Shown: positions 30,322 through 41,677, counted from the first letter of the stretch. The stretch is DNA of 64,000 bases from an uncultured Gemmatimonadaceae bacterium (GCA_964348295.1 CAYGBV010000013.1:5993-69992); one strand, 5' to 3'. Notes: generated from the sequence alone by a model not told the origin. Made by a program: numbers and translations.

Positions 30322-32115
30322 GTGAGGCTTCCATCTGTTGAACACGTGATCGGCTCGGCCCGCGCCACGCTGGTGCGGTTCCCGTTCGTGCTCGCCGCCG
30401 CGCTCGCCGCCGCGGTCTTTGGCGTGCTACTCGCTGATGACTCCGACCCGTGGGAGCGCTGGTTCTTCCCGGCCACCCTGGGCCTGCCGCTCCTGTTGGC
30501 ACTGGCACTCCTGGCCGAGAGGCGTGGCTGGCGTGGCGGGCGGCGCGTGCTGCTCGGAGCAGGCGGGTTCACCGTGCTGCTCGCCTTCGCCCTACTGTGG
30601 CCGCGGTGGTCGGAGCCCGTTGCCTTCACCCGCTGGTTCCAGCTCAGCGTGGGGTTCCATCTCCTGGTGGCGTTCCTCCCGTTCGCGGGGTACGACGAGC
30701 CCAACGGTTTCTGGCAGTACAACAAGGCGCTGTTCATCCGCTTCCTCACGGCCGGCGTATTCTCCGCCGTGCTGTACACCGGCCTCGCGATCGCCGTCGC
30801 CGCCCTGGACCAGCTCTTCGGGGTGGACGTGGCAGACGAGACCTACTTCCGGCTCTGGATGATCATCGCATTCCTGTTCAACACCTGGTTCTTCCTGGGC
30901 GGCGTTCCGCGGGATCTCGCGGCGCTCGAGCGGAGCGCCGACTACCCCACGGGCCTCAAGGTGTTCTCGCAGTACATCCTGGTCCCGATCGTGACGGTGT
31001 ACCTCGCCATCCTCATGGCATATCTGGTCAAGGTCATCGTCACCCAGGACTGGCCCAGCGGGTGGATCGGCTACCTGGTCTCGAGCGTCGCCACGCTGGG
31101 GATTCTGGCCCTGCTCCTCGTGTATCCGATCCGCGAGCGGGAAGAGAACCGCTGGATCGTGACCTACTCGCGGTGGTTCTACATCGTCCTGTTTCCCGCC
31201 ATCGTCATGCTGTGGCTGGCAATCTGGCAGCGCGTGAGCCAGTACGGGGTGACCGAGCGGCGCTACTTCCTCACGGTCCTATCTGTCTGGCTGACGGGAA
31301 TCGCCGTGTACTACACCGCGCGCGGCGCGCGACGGATCATCCTGATTCCCGCCTCACTGTGCGTCGTCGCGCTGGTCACCTTCTTCGGTCCGTGGTCGCC
31401 GTACGCCATCTCGCGGCGCAGTCAGACGCAGCGGCTGGAGGAAGTCCTGGTTCGCAACGAGCTGCTCGTAGGCGGCAGCGTGCGGCCCGCCACGCGCGAA
31501 ATCTCCTATGTCGACCGCAGGGAGATAAGTGCCGGCCTGCGGTATCTGATCGAGACGCACGGTACGGGCTCGATCGAGCCGTGGTTCGGCGAGTCGCTCG
31601 CCGCCATCGACACGGTGGGCCAGGGCCTGGGCCCCTCCGAACGCGGCGAGGCGGACGAGCGCACCCGGCTCATCACGGCATATCTGGGCGTGCCCTATGT
31701 GGGACGCTGGCAGAGGGGCGACGTCGAGCGGTTCGACTACTTCGTGCGGCGGAGCGAGCGGGCGATCGAGATCCGGGGCTACGACTATGCCGTACACGTG
31801 GACGGCATGCTGCACGACACGGCGGCGGTGACGAACGGGCTGCGTCTGTGGTACGACTCGACGGATGTGGCACTCCAGCTGGCACGGGAGAGCGACATCC
31901 TGGCCTCCGTCCCCCTGCTCCCGGTGCTGGAACGGGCCCAGCGGCACGCCGGCACGGGGGGAGACCGGAGCATCCCGCGCGACTCGCTGCTCGCGACCGA
32001 CGAGACGGCACGGGCGCGCGTGGCGGTCTACGTGACTGCAGTCTCCGGCGAGCGGCGCGAGGAGGGGGTCGCGCTGAGCTCGCTGTCGGCGGAGGTGTAT
32101 CTGGTGGTGCGGTGA
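30322..32115 (+). CDS. DUF4153-like multi-TM protein
   Basis: About 10 TM helices, RVSQYGVTERRY motif, soluble C-terminal domain. Confidence 0.75.
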   Translation: MRLPSVEHVIGSARATLVRFPFVLAAALAAAVFGVLLADDSDPWERWFFPATLGLPLLLALALLAERRGWRGGRRVLLGAGGFTVLLAFALLWPRWSEPVAFTRWFQLSVGFHLLVAFLPFAGYDEPNGFWQYNKALFIRFLTAGVFSAVLYTGLAIAVAALDQLFGVDVADETYFRLWMIIAFLFNTWFFLGGVPRDLAALERSADYPTGLKVFSQYILVPIVTVYLAILMAYLVKVIVTQDWPSGWIGYLVSSVATLGILALLLVYPIREREENRWIVTYSRWFYIVLFPAIVMLWLAIWQRVSQYGVTERRYFLTVLSVWLTGIAVYYTARGARRIILIPASLCVVALVTFFGPWSPYAISRRSQTQRLEEVLVRNELLVGGSVRPATREISYVDRREISAGLRYLIETHGTGSIEPWFGESLAAIDTVGQGLGPSERGEADERTRLITAYLGVPYVGRWQRGDVERFDYFVRRSERAIEIRGYDYAVHVDGMLHDTAAVTNGLRLWYDSTDVALQLARESDILASVPLLPVLERAQRHAGTGGDRSIPRDSLLATDETARARVAVYVTAVSGERREEGVALSSLSAEVYLVVR

Positions 32116-32171
32116 CGCGGCGCGTGAGCCAGGTCACCGCTGCACCAGCCGCACGGCACCACATGTGATAC

Positions 32172-32960
32172 GTGCCCGATAACGATACCCCGGACCGCAG
32201 GCAGGGCGATCGCCGCCGCGGGAGCGAGCAGCGCGCGGGAGGGTCGCGGCGCTCCGGCCACGACCGGCGCGCCAAGGAGCCTCCGAGCCCCGAGGCGTCC
32301 ACCCGCAGCGGCAAGGAGCGCAGAACCCGCGTGCGGCGCGCCGGTCGGCGGCGACGGCGCTGGGACCGGCGCGTCGGGGAGCACCACGACAACCCTGCGG
32401 TCTACTCGCGGGACGAGATCACACGCATCCGCAAGTTGCTGGTGAGCACTCGCGTGCCGTTCACCTGCCCCCGATGCGACGGCGCGTTACACCAGGGCGA
32501 CCCCATCATCGGCAACGGGTGCACCCTGCGGCCCGTGCGCTGTGAGGCCTGCCATCGCAGTACCACCATACCGGACTACGTTGTCGTGCGCGCACTGGTG
32601 GTTGACGACGACGAGCCGGTCCGTGAGGGTCTGGCGACCATCCTGAGGGGAGCCGGCCATGAGGCGGTGGCCACGGCAGACGGGAGCGCGGGCGTTCGCG
32701 CCTGCGGGACGGACTCGCCCGACGTTGTCTTCGTGGACATCGCGTCGGTGCGAGCCGAGGTGGAAGTCATCGCGCAGGCCCGCAAGGCGTTCCCCGATGT
32801 CAAGGTGATCGCCGTGGGAGGCCGGCAGCGCCGCGGAGCCGGTGATCCGCTGGCCATCGCGGGCACGCTGGGCGTGCAGGCAACACTGCGGCGGCCATTC
32901 ACGCCGCACGACGTGCTGCGGGCGGTGGATGTGGCGCTCGGCCTGGTACGGGCCGATTAG
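32172..32960 (+). CDS. Atypical response regulator: Arg-rich N-terminus, zinc ribbon, receiver domain
   Basis: DRR repeats; CPRC...CEAC; [10 protein letters not shown]...DVVFVDI...LRRPF. Confidence 0.65.
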   Translation: MPDNDTPDRRQGDRRRGSEQRAGGSRRSGHDRRAKEPPSPEASTRSGKERRTRVRRAGRRRRRWDRRVGEHHDNPAVYSRDEITRIRKLLVSTRVPFTCPRCDGALHQGDPIIGNGCTLRPVRCEACHRSTTIPDYVVVRALVVDDDEPVREGLATILRGAGHEAVATADGSAGVRACGTDSPDVVFVDIASVRAEVEVIAQARKAFPDVKVIAVGGRQRRGAGDPLAIAGTLGVQATLRRPFTPHDVLRAVDVALGLVRAD

Positions 32961-34699
32961 CGTTGCCTGCGGGCCTCGGCCGCTTCCCGTGCGGCGACCT
33001 TAGCCCACGTATCCCTGAGCGTCACCGTCCGGTTGAACACCGGGGCGCCGGGCTGCGAGTCCTCGTCTGCGATGAAGTAGCCCTGCCGCTCGAACTGGTA
33101 GCGGGTGCCGGGCGGGTCATCCGCCACGCTGGGCTCGATGCGGCTCTCGTTCAGCACGACGAGTGACTCGGGGTTGAGGTAGTCGGTGAACTGCGTCCCC
33201 TCCTCCACATCGTCCGGGTTCGCGGTGACGAAGAGGCGGTCGTATAGCCGCACCTCGCAGGGGAGCGAATGCGCGGCCGAGACCCAGTGGATGGTGCCCT
33301 TCACCTTGCGGCCGTCGGGGGTGCCGCTCTTGGTCTCGGGGTCGTAACTGCAGTGCAGCTCGGTGATCTCGCCCGTCTTGGGGTCCTTGATGACCTCCTC
33401 GCACTTGACGATGTACCCATAGCGCAGCCGCACCTCGCGTCCCGGCGCGAGACGGAAGAACTGCTTGGGCGGGTCCTCCATGAAGTCGTCCCGCTCGATA
33501 TAGATCTCGCGTGAGAACGGGAGCGGGCGGGAGCCCTCCCTGGGGATGTCCCTGGGATAGTACGGGGCGTCCAGCTGCTCGACCTGCCCCTCGGGATAGT
33601 TGGTGATCACCACCTTTAGCGGCCGCAGCACGCACAACACCCGGGGGACCTTGGGGTTGAGGTCGTCGCGAATCGCCCACTCGAGCTTCTCGATGTCCAC
33701 CCGGCTGTCGGTCTTGGCCACGCCCACTAGATCGCAGAACTTACGGATCGCATCCGGCGTCACGCCGCGGCGCCTGAGTCCGGCGATGGCCGGCATGCGG
33801 GGATCGTCCCAGCCGCCCACGTACCCCTCCTCCACCAGCCGGATCAGCCGGCGCTTGCTGAGCACCGTGTAGTCCAGGTTGAGCCGGGCGAACTCGGTTT
33901 GCGCGGTGCGCGGCCGCTCGATCCCGACCGCGTCCAGCACCCACTCGTACAGCTCGTTGTTGTCCTTGAACTCCAGCGTACAGAGCGAGTGCGTGATGTC
34001 CTCGATCGCGTCGGAGAGGCAGTGCGTGTAGTCGTACAGCGGGTAGAGGCACCACTCGTCACCGCGGCGGTAGTGGCTGGCGTGCCGGATGCGGTACAGC
34101 ACGGGGTCGCGCATCAGCATGTTGGGATGCGCCATGTCGATCTTGCCCCGCAGCACGTGCTCCCCGTCTGCGAACTCCCCGGCCTTCATGCGGCGGAACA
34201 GGTCGAGGTTCTCTTCGGGGGAGCGGTCGCGGTAGGGGCTGGGCTTGCCCGGCTCGGTCACCGTGCCGCGGTACTGCCTGATCTCCTCCTCGGACAGGCT
34301 GTCCACGTAGGCGAGGCCCTTCTCGATCAGCAGCTCGGCCCACTCATACAGCTGCTCGAAGTAGTCCGAGGCGTGGTACATGCGGTCGTCCCAATCGTAT
34401 CCCAGCCACGCGACGTCCCGCTTGATGGCCTCGACGTACTTCATGTCCTCCGTTTCGGGGTTGGTGTCGTCGAACCGGAGGTTGCAGGTGCCGCCGTGCT
34501 CCAGCGCCAACCCGAAGTTGAGGCAGCACGACTTGGCGTGTCCGATGTGGAGATAGCCGTTCGGCTCGGGCGGAAACCGGGTCGCGACCCGGCCGCCGTA
34601 TTTGCCCGTGCGCCCGTCCTCCTCGACCATCGACCGAATGAAGTCGAGGCCGGGCTTGCGGAGGCCTTCGCTCTTCTCGGGTGCTCGCTCTTCTGGCAC
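32957..34699 (-). CDS. glnS: Glutamine--tRNA ligase (no YqeY tail)
   Basis: [63 protein letters not shown]. Confidence 0.95.
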   Translation of the reverse strand: MPEERAPEKSEGLRKPGLDFIRSMVEEDGRTGKYGGRVATRFPPEPNGYLHIGHAKSCCLNFGLALEHGGTCNLRFDDTNPETEDMKYVEAIKRDVAWLGYDWDDRMYHASDYFEQLYEWAELLIEKGLAYVDSLSEEEIRQYRGTVTEPGKPSPYRDRSPEENLDLFRRMKAGEFADGEHVLRGKIDMAHPNMLMRDPVLYRIRHASHYRRGDEWCLYPLYDYTHCLSDAIEDITHSLCTLEFKDNNELYEWVLDAVGIERPRTAQTEFARLNLDYTVLSKRRLIRLVEEGYVGGWDDPRMPAIAGLRRRGVTPDAIRKFCDLVGVAKTDSRVDIEKLEWAIRDDLNPKVPRVLCVLRPLKVVITNYPEGQVEQLDAPYYPRDIPREGSRPLPFSREIYIERDDFMEDPPKQFFRLAPGREVRLRYGYIVKCEEVIKDPKTGEITELHCSYDPETKSGTPDGRKVKGTIHWVSAAHSLPCEVRLYDRLFVTANPDDVEEGTQFTDYLNPESLVVLNESRIEPSVADDPPGTRYQFERQGYFIADEDSQPGAPVFNRTVTLRDTWAKVAAREAAEARRQR

Positions 34700-34822
34700 A
34701 TGGCCTCCTTACCCCGCATCGGCCGCGACATCGCGGAACCGGCCCGCACGGTCCTTTAATCTGTCGCGGAAGTTAGCCTCCGGGGCAAGGCCTGCGTGGC
34801 TAACGGCGGCCAGTGCTATGCA

Positions 34823-37800
34823 TCAGGCCTGCCGCACGCCATAGAAGGCCGCATACAGCGTCGGCACGACCACCATCGTGAGCAACGTCGCGACGCCCAG
34901 GCCGAACATGATCGTGACCGCCATCGAGACGAAGAACGCGTCCGGTACCAGCGGCAGCATGCCGAGGATCGTGGTAGCCGCCGCCATCCCCACCGGCCGG
35001 AGTCGGCTCACCGCTGCCTGCAGGATCGCGCTGAAGTCGGACTGGTCGGTGCCGCGCTGCACGTTGATCTCGTCGATCAACACGATCGCGTTCTTGATGA
35101 GCATCCCGGAGAGGCTCATGAAGCCGAGCAACGCCATGAACCCGAACGGCTGGGCGGTGACGAGTAGACCCAACGTGACGCCGATGAGTGCGAGGGGCAC
35201 CACGAGCCAGATGACGGCGGTCTGCTTCAGCGAGTTGAACAGGGCGACGGTGATCAGCACCATCAGCAGCACGAAGACGGGGAACGACGCGGCCAGGGAC
35301 GCCTGCGCCCTGCGACTATTCCGGTACTCGCCCCACCACTCCAGCGTGTAGCCCTCGGGCAGCTCGATCGCCTCGACCGCCGGTCGCACCTTGGCGAGCA
35401 TAGGGGGCGCCTCGCCCACCCGTGGGTCGGCCAGCACCGTGATCGCGCGCTTGCGGTTCATGCGAATGACGATCTCGTCCTCGAAGGTGGTCTCGAAGTC
35501 CGACACGACCTGGCGCAGCGGGATCGCTCGACCGGCGGCGGGGCTGTAGATCTGGATGTTGCCGATGCTGCTGACGTCGGCGCGCTCCGCCTCCGGGGCG
35601 CGCGCTATGATCGGCAGCAGCTCGTCGCGCTCCCGGTACACGCCAAACGACGCGCCCTCGAAGCCCGCGAGCAGCGCCGTGGCGATATCGGTGCGGGTGA
35701 TGCCCGCGAGGTTGGCCTGCTCCTCTGCGACGACCGGACGCACGACCTTGACCCGCTCGCGCCAGTCGGTCCGTACCCCGTAGAGATTGGGCTCCGCCCG
35801 GAATATCGCCTCCGCCTGCGCGGCGAGGCCGCGGAGCACGTCCGGATCCGGCCCGAAGAACCGCGCCTGGATCTTGCCGGGATCACCGGGGCCCAGAATG
35901 AACTTCCGCGTCTGCACCATGGCTCCCGGGTACGCCTCCTCGAGATGCTCCTGAAACTGCAGCATCATCCGGTCGATGAGGCGGTAGTCGTCCACGTCCA
36001 CCAGGAACTGCGCGTACGCAGGGTTCTCCTTCTCCGGTGTGTAGGTCAGGAGGAAGCGCATCGCACCGTTCCCGACAACGGCGGAGACTGTCGTGACGCC
36101 CTCCTGGTCCATGATCCACTGCTCGATCTCGGCCACGTCGCGCTCGGTGCTTCCGATCTGGCTCCCCTGCGGCAGCCAGTAGTCAATCATGAACTGCGGC
36201 CGCGTGGAGTTCGGGAAGAAACTCTGCTCGACCCTGCCGAACCCGACCAGCGCGATGACGAATACGCCCACCACCACGGCCATCGTGATTGCCCGGCGTC
36301 GAATGGCGCCGCCCAGCAGACCGCGGAACTTCGTGTAGAACGCGCCGCCGTACGGGTCGGAGGCCGCCTCCCCCGGCTTCGGCAGCTTCGGCTTGAGCAC
36401 CATGATCCCGAGGAGCGGTGTCACGGTCACGGCGGTCACCCAGCTCAGCAGCAGCGAGATCAGGATCACGGTGTACAGCGAGCGCGTGTACTCGCCGGTG
36501 GCGTCCTGCGACGTACCGATCGCCGCGAACGCGAGAATCGCGATCACCGTTGCGCCCAGGAGCGGCCAGGCAGTCTGCTGCACGGTTTCGACCGCCGCCC
36601 GGACCTTCTCGACTCCCTGCTGCATCTTCACCAGCATCCCGTCCACAACCACGATGGCGTTGTCCACCAGCATGCCCAGGGCGATGATCAGCGCGCCGAG
36701 GGAGATGCGCTCCAGCACCACTCCCATGCGCGGCATGATGATGAACGAGCCCGCAATGGTGAGGAACAGGATGAACCCGATCAGCAGGCCGGATCTAAGG
36801 CCCATGAACAAGAGGAGCACCACCACAACGATGGCGACGGCCTGCAGCAGGCTGACCAGAAAGCCGTTGATGGCCGTGGTCACCGCCGCCGACTGGAGGG
36901 AGATGATGCCGACCTGCATCCCCAACGGGATCTGGGGCAGAAGCTCCCGGAATCGGGCGGCAACTCCCTCGCCCATGGTGACCACGTTGCCGTCGGGCAC
37001 GGTGGAGATGCCGAGGCCGACGGCCGAGCTCCCGTTGTACCGGATCAACTGCTTGGGCGGGTCCCGGTAACCCCGGCGGATGGCGGCGATGTCCCGCAGG
37101 TAGATCTGCGCGCCACCGGGCTGGCCAGCAATCAGCAACGATCCGAAGTCGTCAACGGAGTCGAACAGCCCTGTCGGGTCGATGGTGATGAAGTCGGGAC
37201 CCACTTCGACGTGGCCCGCGTACGCGGCGAGGTTCCTGGAGCGCAATCCCTCGGCGACCGCTGCCGTGGAGATGCCGAGCTGCGACATCCGGTCCCGATC
37301 CAGCTCGACGTAGACGACCTCAGGCTGCACGCCGAAGAAATCGATCTTCGCAACGTCCTGTACGAGCAGCAGCTCCCGCCGCAGCAGCTTGGCCACATCA
37401 TACAGCTCGGCGTAGCTGTACCCCTCTCCGTACAGCGCGAGGAACACCCCGTAGACGTCACCGAAGTCGTCGTTGACGATGGAAGGTCCGGCACCAGGCG
37501 GCAGATCACGCTGGGCATCGTTCACCTTGCGCCTGAGCTCGTCCCATACCTGCGGGAGCGTCTCTTTGTCGTACCGGTCCTTGATCGTGGCGGTGACGAT
37601 CGACAGCCCGCGCGTGGACCGCGACTCGACCTCGAGGAGCTGCTTGAGCTTCTGCACCGCGATCTCGATTACGTCGGAGACTTCTTCCTCGACCTCCGTC
37701 GCGGAAGCACCCGGATAGGGAGTGATGATCAGGGCGTCCTTGATCGTGAACTCCGGGTCCTCGAGCCGGCCCATGCCGGTGTACGAGATGATCCCGCCGA

Positions 37801-37867
37801 CGACCAGAACGACAGTGAGAACGAGCGTGGTAACCCGGTTCTCGATGCAGAATTGGGTGATCTTCAT
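34823..37867 (-). CDS. RND efflux transporter permease (AcrB/D/F family)
   Basis: 1014 aa, two TM blocks, LGMLVDNAIVV, IKNAIVLID, SRLRPVGM. Confidence 0.95.
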   Translation of the reverse strand: MKITQFCIENRVTTLVLTVVLVVGGIISYTGMGRLEDPEFTIKDALIITPYPGASATEVEEEVSDVIEIAVQKLKQLLEVESRSTRGLSIVTATIKDRYDKETLPQVWDELRRKVNDAQRDLPPGAGPSIVNDDFGDVYGVFLALYGEGYSYAELYDVAKLLRRELLLVQDVAKIDFFGVQPEVVYVELDRDRMSQLGISTAAVAEGLRSRNLAAYAGHVEVGPDFITIDPTGLFDSVDDFGSLLIAGQPGGAQIYLRDIAAIRRGYRDPPKQLIRYNGSSAVGLGISTVPDGNVVTMGEGVAARFRELLPQIPLGMQVGIISLQSAAVTTAINGFLVSLLQAVAIVVVVLLLFMGLRSGLLIGFILFLTIAGSFIIMPRMGVVLERISLGALIIALGMLVDNAIVVVDGMLVKMQQGVEKVRAAVETVQQTAWPLLGATVIAILAFAAIGTSQDATGEYTRSLYTVILISLLLSWVTAVTVTPLLGIMVLKPKLPKPGEAASDPYGGAFYTKFRGLLGGAIRRRAITMAVVVGVFVIALVGFGRVEQSFFPNSTRPQFMIDYWLPQGSQIGSTERDVAEIEQWIMDQEGVTTVSAVVGNGAMRFLLTYTPEKENPAYAQFLVDVDDYRLIDRMMLQFQEHLEEAYPGAMVQTRKFILGPGDPGKIQARFFGPDPDVLRGLAAQAEAIFRAEPNLYGVRTDWRERVKVVRPVVAEEQANLAGITRTDIATALLAGFEGASFGVYRERDELLPIIARAPEAERADVSSIGNIQIYSPAAGRAIPLRQVVSDFETTFEDEIVIRMNRKRAITVLADPRVGEAPPMLAKVRPAVEAIELPEGYTLEWWGEYRNSRRAQASLAASFPVFVLLMVLITVALFNSLKQTAVIWLVVPLALIGVTLGLLVTAQPFGFMALLGFMSLSGMLIKNAIVLIDEINVQRGTDQSDFSAILQAAVSRLRPVGMAAATTILGMLPLVPDAFFVSMAVTIMFGLGVATLLTMVVVPTLYAAFYGVRQA

Positions 37868-37870
37868 GGG

Positions 37871-38974
37871 CTACGACCTGCCCTCTGGGCCCTCGAGCCG
37901 CCGCACCGGATCGCCTTCCCGCAGGTTCGCCACGCCGGTCACGGCGACCAGATCGCCGTCGGCGAGGCCTCGCACCACCTCGACCTCGGCGCCGAACATC
38001 GCACCGATCTCGACCGGGGCGCGGGAAACCGTCATGGCCACCGGATCCACCTTCCACACGGACGTCTGCCCGTCGTCCGCCGCGAACACGGCGTTCGCCG
38101 GCAGGCGCTGTACGGTCGTTCCCGGCTGACCCAAGCGGCGCACGATCATGCGCGCCGTCATGCCCGGGACCAAAGCAATGTCGCTGGGCGGCTCGAAGCG
38201 GAACGTCACCTCGAAGGTGCGCGTCACCGGGTCGGCCTGTGTCGCGACCTCCGTGAGCCAGGCGGGGAACCGTCGGTCGGGAAACGTGGATACGGTACCT
38301 TCTGCATCTATCCTCAGAGGAGTGCGCGTCGATTCCACCGCCTGCCGGGCCACCAAAGCGTCGCCCTCCGGCACGGCGATCACTATCTCCAGATTGCGAT
38401 CGTCGTTGAGCAGCAGCACCGTCTCCTTGGCCTGCACGTTCTGGAAGGCATCCACGAAGGTGCGCGCCACACGGCCGGCGAACGGTGCCACGAGCCGGGT
38501 ATCATCGACCGCCTTCTGCGACGTGCGCAACCGCGCCTCCGCCACTTCGAACTGCGCCTGCCTGAGCTGGAGCTCCTGCAGCGTTACGGCGTCGGCGGCG
38601 TACAGCTCCTGATAGCGCCGATAGTCCGCACGGGCCGCTTCGAGGCTGGCGGCGTCCGCATCGCGTTGCGCCTCGTAGTTGCGCGCATCGAGCCGCGCTA
38701 GCAGCTGGCCCCGTCTCACCCATTGTCCCTGCACGACCGGCATCGCGACGATGAGTCCGGGGACCTCGAAGGCCAGCTCGGCCCGCTCCGCCGCTTCGAC
38801 CGTCCCCGGGTATTCCCGTACGCCGGAGACACCGCCGAAGCCGATTTCGATCATCTTGACCGGACGGGCGACCGCCTGCTCCGGCGGCGGCTCACCGCCG
38901 CAGCCGGGAACGAACGCGCCGAACGTGGCGAGGAGCACAAGCGTGCGCAACCTCGAGCAGCGTTTCAAATCCAT
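37871..38974 (-). CDS. RND periplasmic adaptor (MFP), lipoprotein
   Basis: Lipobox VPGC, hairpin helices, LVAPFAGRV, DPVTRTFEV. Confidence 0.92.
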   Translation of the reverse strand: MDLKRCSRLRTLVLLATFGAFVPGCGGEPPPEQAVARPVKMIEIGFGGVSGVREYPGTVEAAERAELAFEVPGLIVAMPVVQGQWVRRGQLLARLDARNYEAQRDADAASLEAARADYRRYQELYAADAVTLQELQLRQAQFEVAEARLRTSQKAVDDTRLVAPFAGRVARTFVDAFQNVQAKETVLLLNDDRNLEIVIAVPEGDALVARQAVESTRTPLRIDAEGTVSTFPDRRFPAWLTEVATQADPVTRTFEVTFRFEPPSDIALVPGMTARMIVRRLGQPGTTVQRLPANAVFAADDGQTSVWKVDPVAMTVSRAPVEIGAMFGAEVEVVRGLADGDLVAVTGVANLREGDPVRRLEGPEGRS

Positions 38975-39010
38975 GGCTTCAATCCGTGGTCCTGTAGTCT
39001 GTGCACTGTG

Positions 39011-41431
39011 CTACTCCATGCCGCGCTCGCGCAGGTAGTCTCCCAGGCGCTGAATGAACGCCTCGCGCGAGGCCTCGTCGAGAAACAGGTCGATCTGGCC
39101 GGCCGCCCGCTGCACGGCCATGAAGTCAGTGATGAAATCGTACAGCGTATTGGCCGCGTCGAGCTCGGCAACGAGCGCCGTGTTCTGGGCGTCGAGCAGG
39201 CTGAGGATGCCGGTTACGCCCCCCGCGTAGGCAGTCCGCACGAGCTCGTAGTTACCCTGTGCTGCGGTAGCGGCCTCCCGCGCCAACTCCAGGCGCACCC
39301 GGGACGACAGCAGGCGCTGCAGCTCGTCGCGCATCGCCTCCTCAACCCGCTGCGCCTGCGAGGTGCGCTGATACTCGAGGCTGAACAGGCTCTGTTGGGC
39401 CCGCTCCTTTGCCGCGGTGCGCGAGCCGCTACCGAACAGCAAGTAGCGGGCACTCAGCGAAATCGACCAGCGCCAGGGGTCGGCCTCCCCTTCAGGCACC
39501 AGGCCGGGAGGCAGACCACCGCCCGAGAAGTCCGAGCCGGCGCCCCCCTCCAGCAACCGGTTCGAGAGACGCGCATCGAGAAAGAACTCAGGCAGCCAGA
39601 AGGACCGGTTGGCGGCCGTCACCGCGCGCTCCTGGCCCCCGATCAGCGCATCAAGCGCCCGCAGCTCCGGCGACGTTACCAGCGCTTCGGCAATCATGAA
39701 GTCCTGGAAGCCGTCGAAGCGCTGCGGGTCGTCCAGCAGCCGCGTCAGGGCGTCCTCCGCCCAGCGGATCACCGGATCTTCGAGCTCATCCTCGGGGGTG
39801 GCGACATCCTCGCCGAGTGCTCGGTGCAGCAGGCGGTTGAGCCGTATCTCGGCAACTGCCCGCGCGGCCGCCGCGCCGACCACCCCCTGGCGGTCCTTGG
39901 AGACCTGCGCCTGCCAGCGCAGCACCTCCCCCGGAGTCGCCGCTCCCGTCTGCCGCCGCACATCGGCCAGGTCCAGGTTCGTGCGCGTGAACGCGAGGTT
40001 CTCCCGCCGGATCTGCTCGGTCGTCTTGCGGCGTAGCACGGTCAGATAGGCGTCGGCCGCCTCGAATGACACGTCGAGCCGCAGCGACGCGTAGTCCTCC
40101 TCCCGCGCACGCTGCAGCGACTGCTGAATAGTCCGATCCGCCCACGCGCGGTCGGCATACACGACCTGCGAAAGCCCCACCGAGCCCAGCAGCTGCCTCT
40201 GGGGCAGGACCCCGAGGCTGCGGGCCGCCCGGTCTTCGTCGATGATCGTGCCCGAGAATGCCAGATCGAGCTGCGGCAGGAGGCGTGACGTCGCGGTCTT
40301 CACGTCCTGCGCGGCCGCCTGCACAGCGCGCTCGAACGACGCGAGATCCTGATTCTGCGCCAGCGCCTCCCGCACGATCGAGTCGAGCGACTGCGGCTCG
40401 GGTTGCACCCCGGGCCGCTCCTCGATGAGTCGCGCGTCGCTCAGCATTGTCCACGACGGATACACCCCGATGGCGCGCGCGGTCTGCATATTGACGATCA
40501 AGCGCTCCTGCGGCACGAACGTCACGCGCAACTGCCCCGGTGCATCGCCCCGGAGGATCTGTTCTACGGTGAGCGCCGTCAGCCGAGCGAGCTGGAACGT
40601 GAAGGAGTCCGGGCGCCGCGCCAGCAGGATGCCCTGGCGAACCTCGGCCTCCCCGAACCAGGAGAGGCTCGGCAGCCCGAGCTCAATCAGTCCATCTGCC
40701 AGCTGCTCGAACGCCGCGCTCGAGACCCGCGACAGTGGCAGCACGTACACTGCGTCCGCCCCAGCGACCTCGATTGCGTCGAGCGCGAGTTGAACATCGT
40801 CGCCCACCGGAACGACCACCGCCTCGGCTCCGGCTTGCGCCACCAGCTGCTCGACGCGGCTGTCCAGGGCCGGCATCTCGGCGACCGCAGATGCACTCAC
40901 GAGCACGGCGAGGCGCTGAAAGGCGACCACCTCGGCCAGCGTGGCGAGATCCCGGTTCTCGGGTCGCGTGAGGTACACGAAGTTGGACACCCCGGAGGCA
41001 GCGCCCTGTCGGGGGATGTCCTGTAGCGAGGGGTCGAGCACGAAGGGGGCGACGACCGGCTTGGCGAGTCGCGGATGGTCGGCAGCCACCTGTGCACCCA
41101 TGGTACCGACGACCACTACCACGTCCACCCGATCCATGAGCTGATCGAGCGCCGCACGGATGCCGGCCTGCGTATGATCGCCGGCCAACCTCACATCCCC
41201 CCCGATGCGCACCTCGAACCGGTTCTCGAGAAGCACCGCCGTCTCCCGCTCGATCTGGTCCAACAGCTCGCCGAAGCGGAGAAACGGGCCGTCGGTCAGG
41301 ATGCCGATCGTCACCGGTGTCCGCTCTTGGGCGGCGGCCGTCGGGGCGACCGAGCCAATCCCGAGTGCAGCCAGCACCGCAAGCAGGAGACGGGTAGCCA
41401 ACGGATGTTCAGCGGACAGGCGAACTCCCAT
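39011..41431 (-). CDS. TolC-family outer membrane protein fused to an N-terminal ABC substrate-binding-like domain
   Basis: Signal peptide; about 330 aa periplasmic-binding-like region ending LIVNMQTARAIGV; OEP repeats (ALAQNQDL, SRLLPQLDL, SFWLPEF, YAGGVTGILSLLDAQ). Start 41431 or 41461, not 42325. Confidence 0.8.
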   Translation of the reverse strand: MGVRLSAEHPLATRLLLAVLAALGIGSVAPTAAAQERTPVTIGILTDGPFLRFGELLDQIERETAVLLENRFEVRIGGDVRLAGDHTQAGIRAALDQLMDRVDVVVVVGTMGAQVAADHPRLAKPVVAPFVLDPSLQDIPRQGAASGVSNFVYLTRPENRDLATLAEVVAFQRLAVLVSASAVAEMPALDSRVEQLVAQAGAEAVVVPVGDDVQLALDAIEVAGADAVYVLPLSRVSSAAFEQLADGLIELGLPSLSWFGEAEVRQGILLARRPDSFTFQLARLTALTVEQILRGDAPGQLRVTFVPQERLIVNMQTARAIGVYPSWTMLSDARLIEERPGVQPEPQSLDSIVREALAQNQDLASFERAVQAAAQDVKTATSRLLPQLDLAFSGTIIDEDRAARSLGVLPQRQLLGSVGLSQVVYADRAWADRTIQQSLQRAREEDYASLRLDVSFEAADAYLTVLRRKTTEQIRRENLAFTRTNLDLADVRRQTGAATPGEVLRWQAQVSKDRQGVVGAAAARAVAEIRLNRLLHRALGEDVATPEDELEDPVIRWAEDALTRLLDDPQRFDGFQDFMIAEALVTSPELRALDALIGGQERAVTAANRSFWLPEFFLDARLSNRLLEGGAGSDFSGGGLPPGLVPEGEADPWRWSISLSARYLLFGSGSRTAAKERAQQSLFSLEYQRTSQAQRVEEAMRDELQRLLSSRVRLELAREAATAAQGNYELVRTAYAGGVTGILSLLDAQNTALVAELDAANTLYDFITDFMAVQRAAGQIDLFLDEASREAFIQRLGDYLRERGME

Positions 41432-41677
41432 GAGGCCTCTGGGTAAGTGTCCGTTACTCATACGGCTTCTGTCATTTGGGCTGAAGTACGGCCCGTGACG
41501 GCGAAGAGCTATACCCTCTTGGTGGTATGCGGGAGCGAAGGGGGCAGCATACACCGGGCGGACCCGTCTCGTCAACGCGCCGCGATTCGAGATCGGCATC
41601 AGTGGCGCCGCGGCGCAGGTAGACAAACGGCGCGCATCCGTCGATCTTTGGGCGGCAAACTGCAAAGGAGCCTCGGC

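Noticed and set aside
35945-38701. 918-aa plus-strand ORF, and similar long ORFs such as 56032-58143, 7031-8401, 19767-21398
   Set aside because: Antisense shadows of well-supported genes in high-GC DNA; no family motifs
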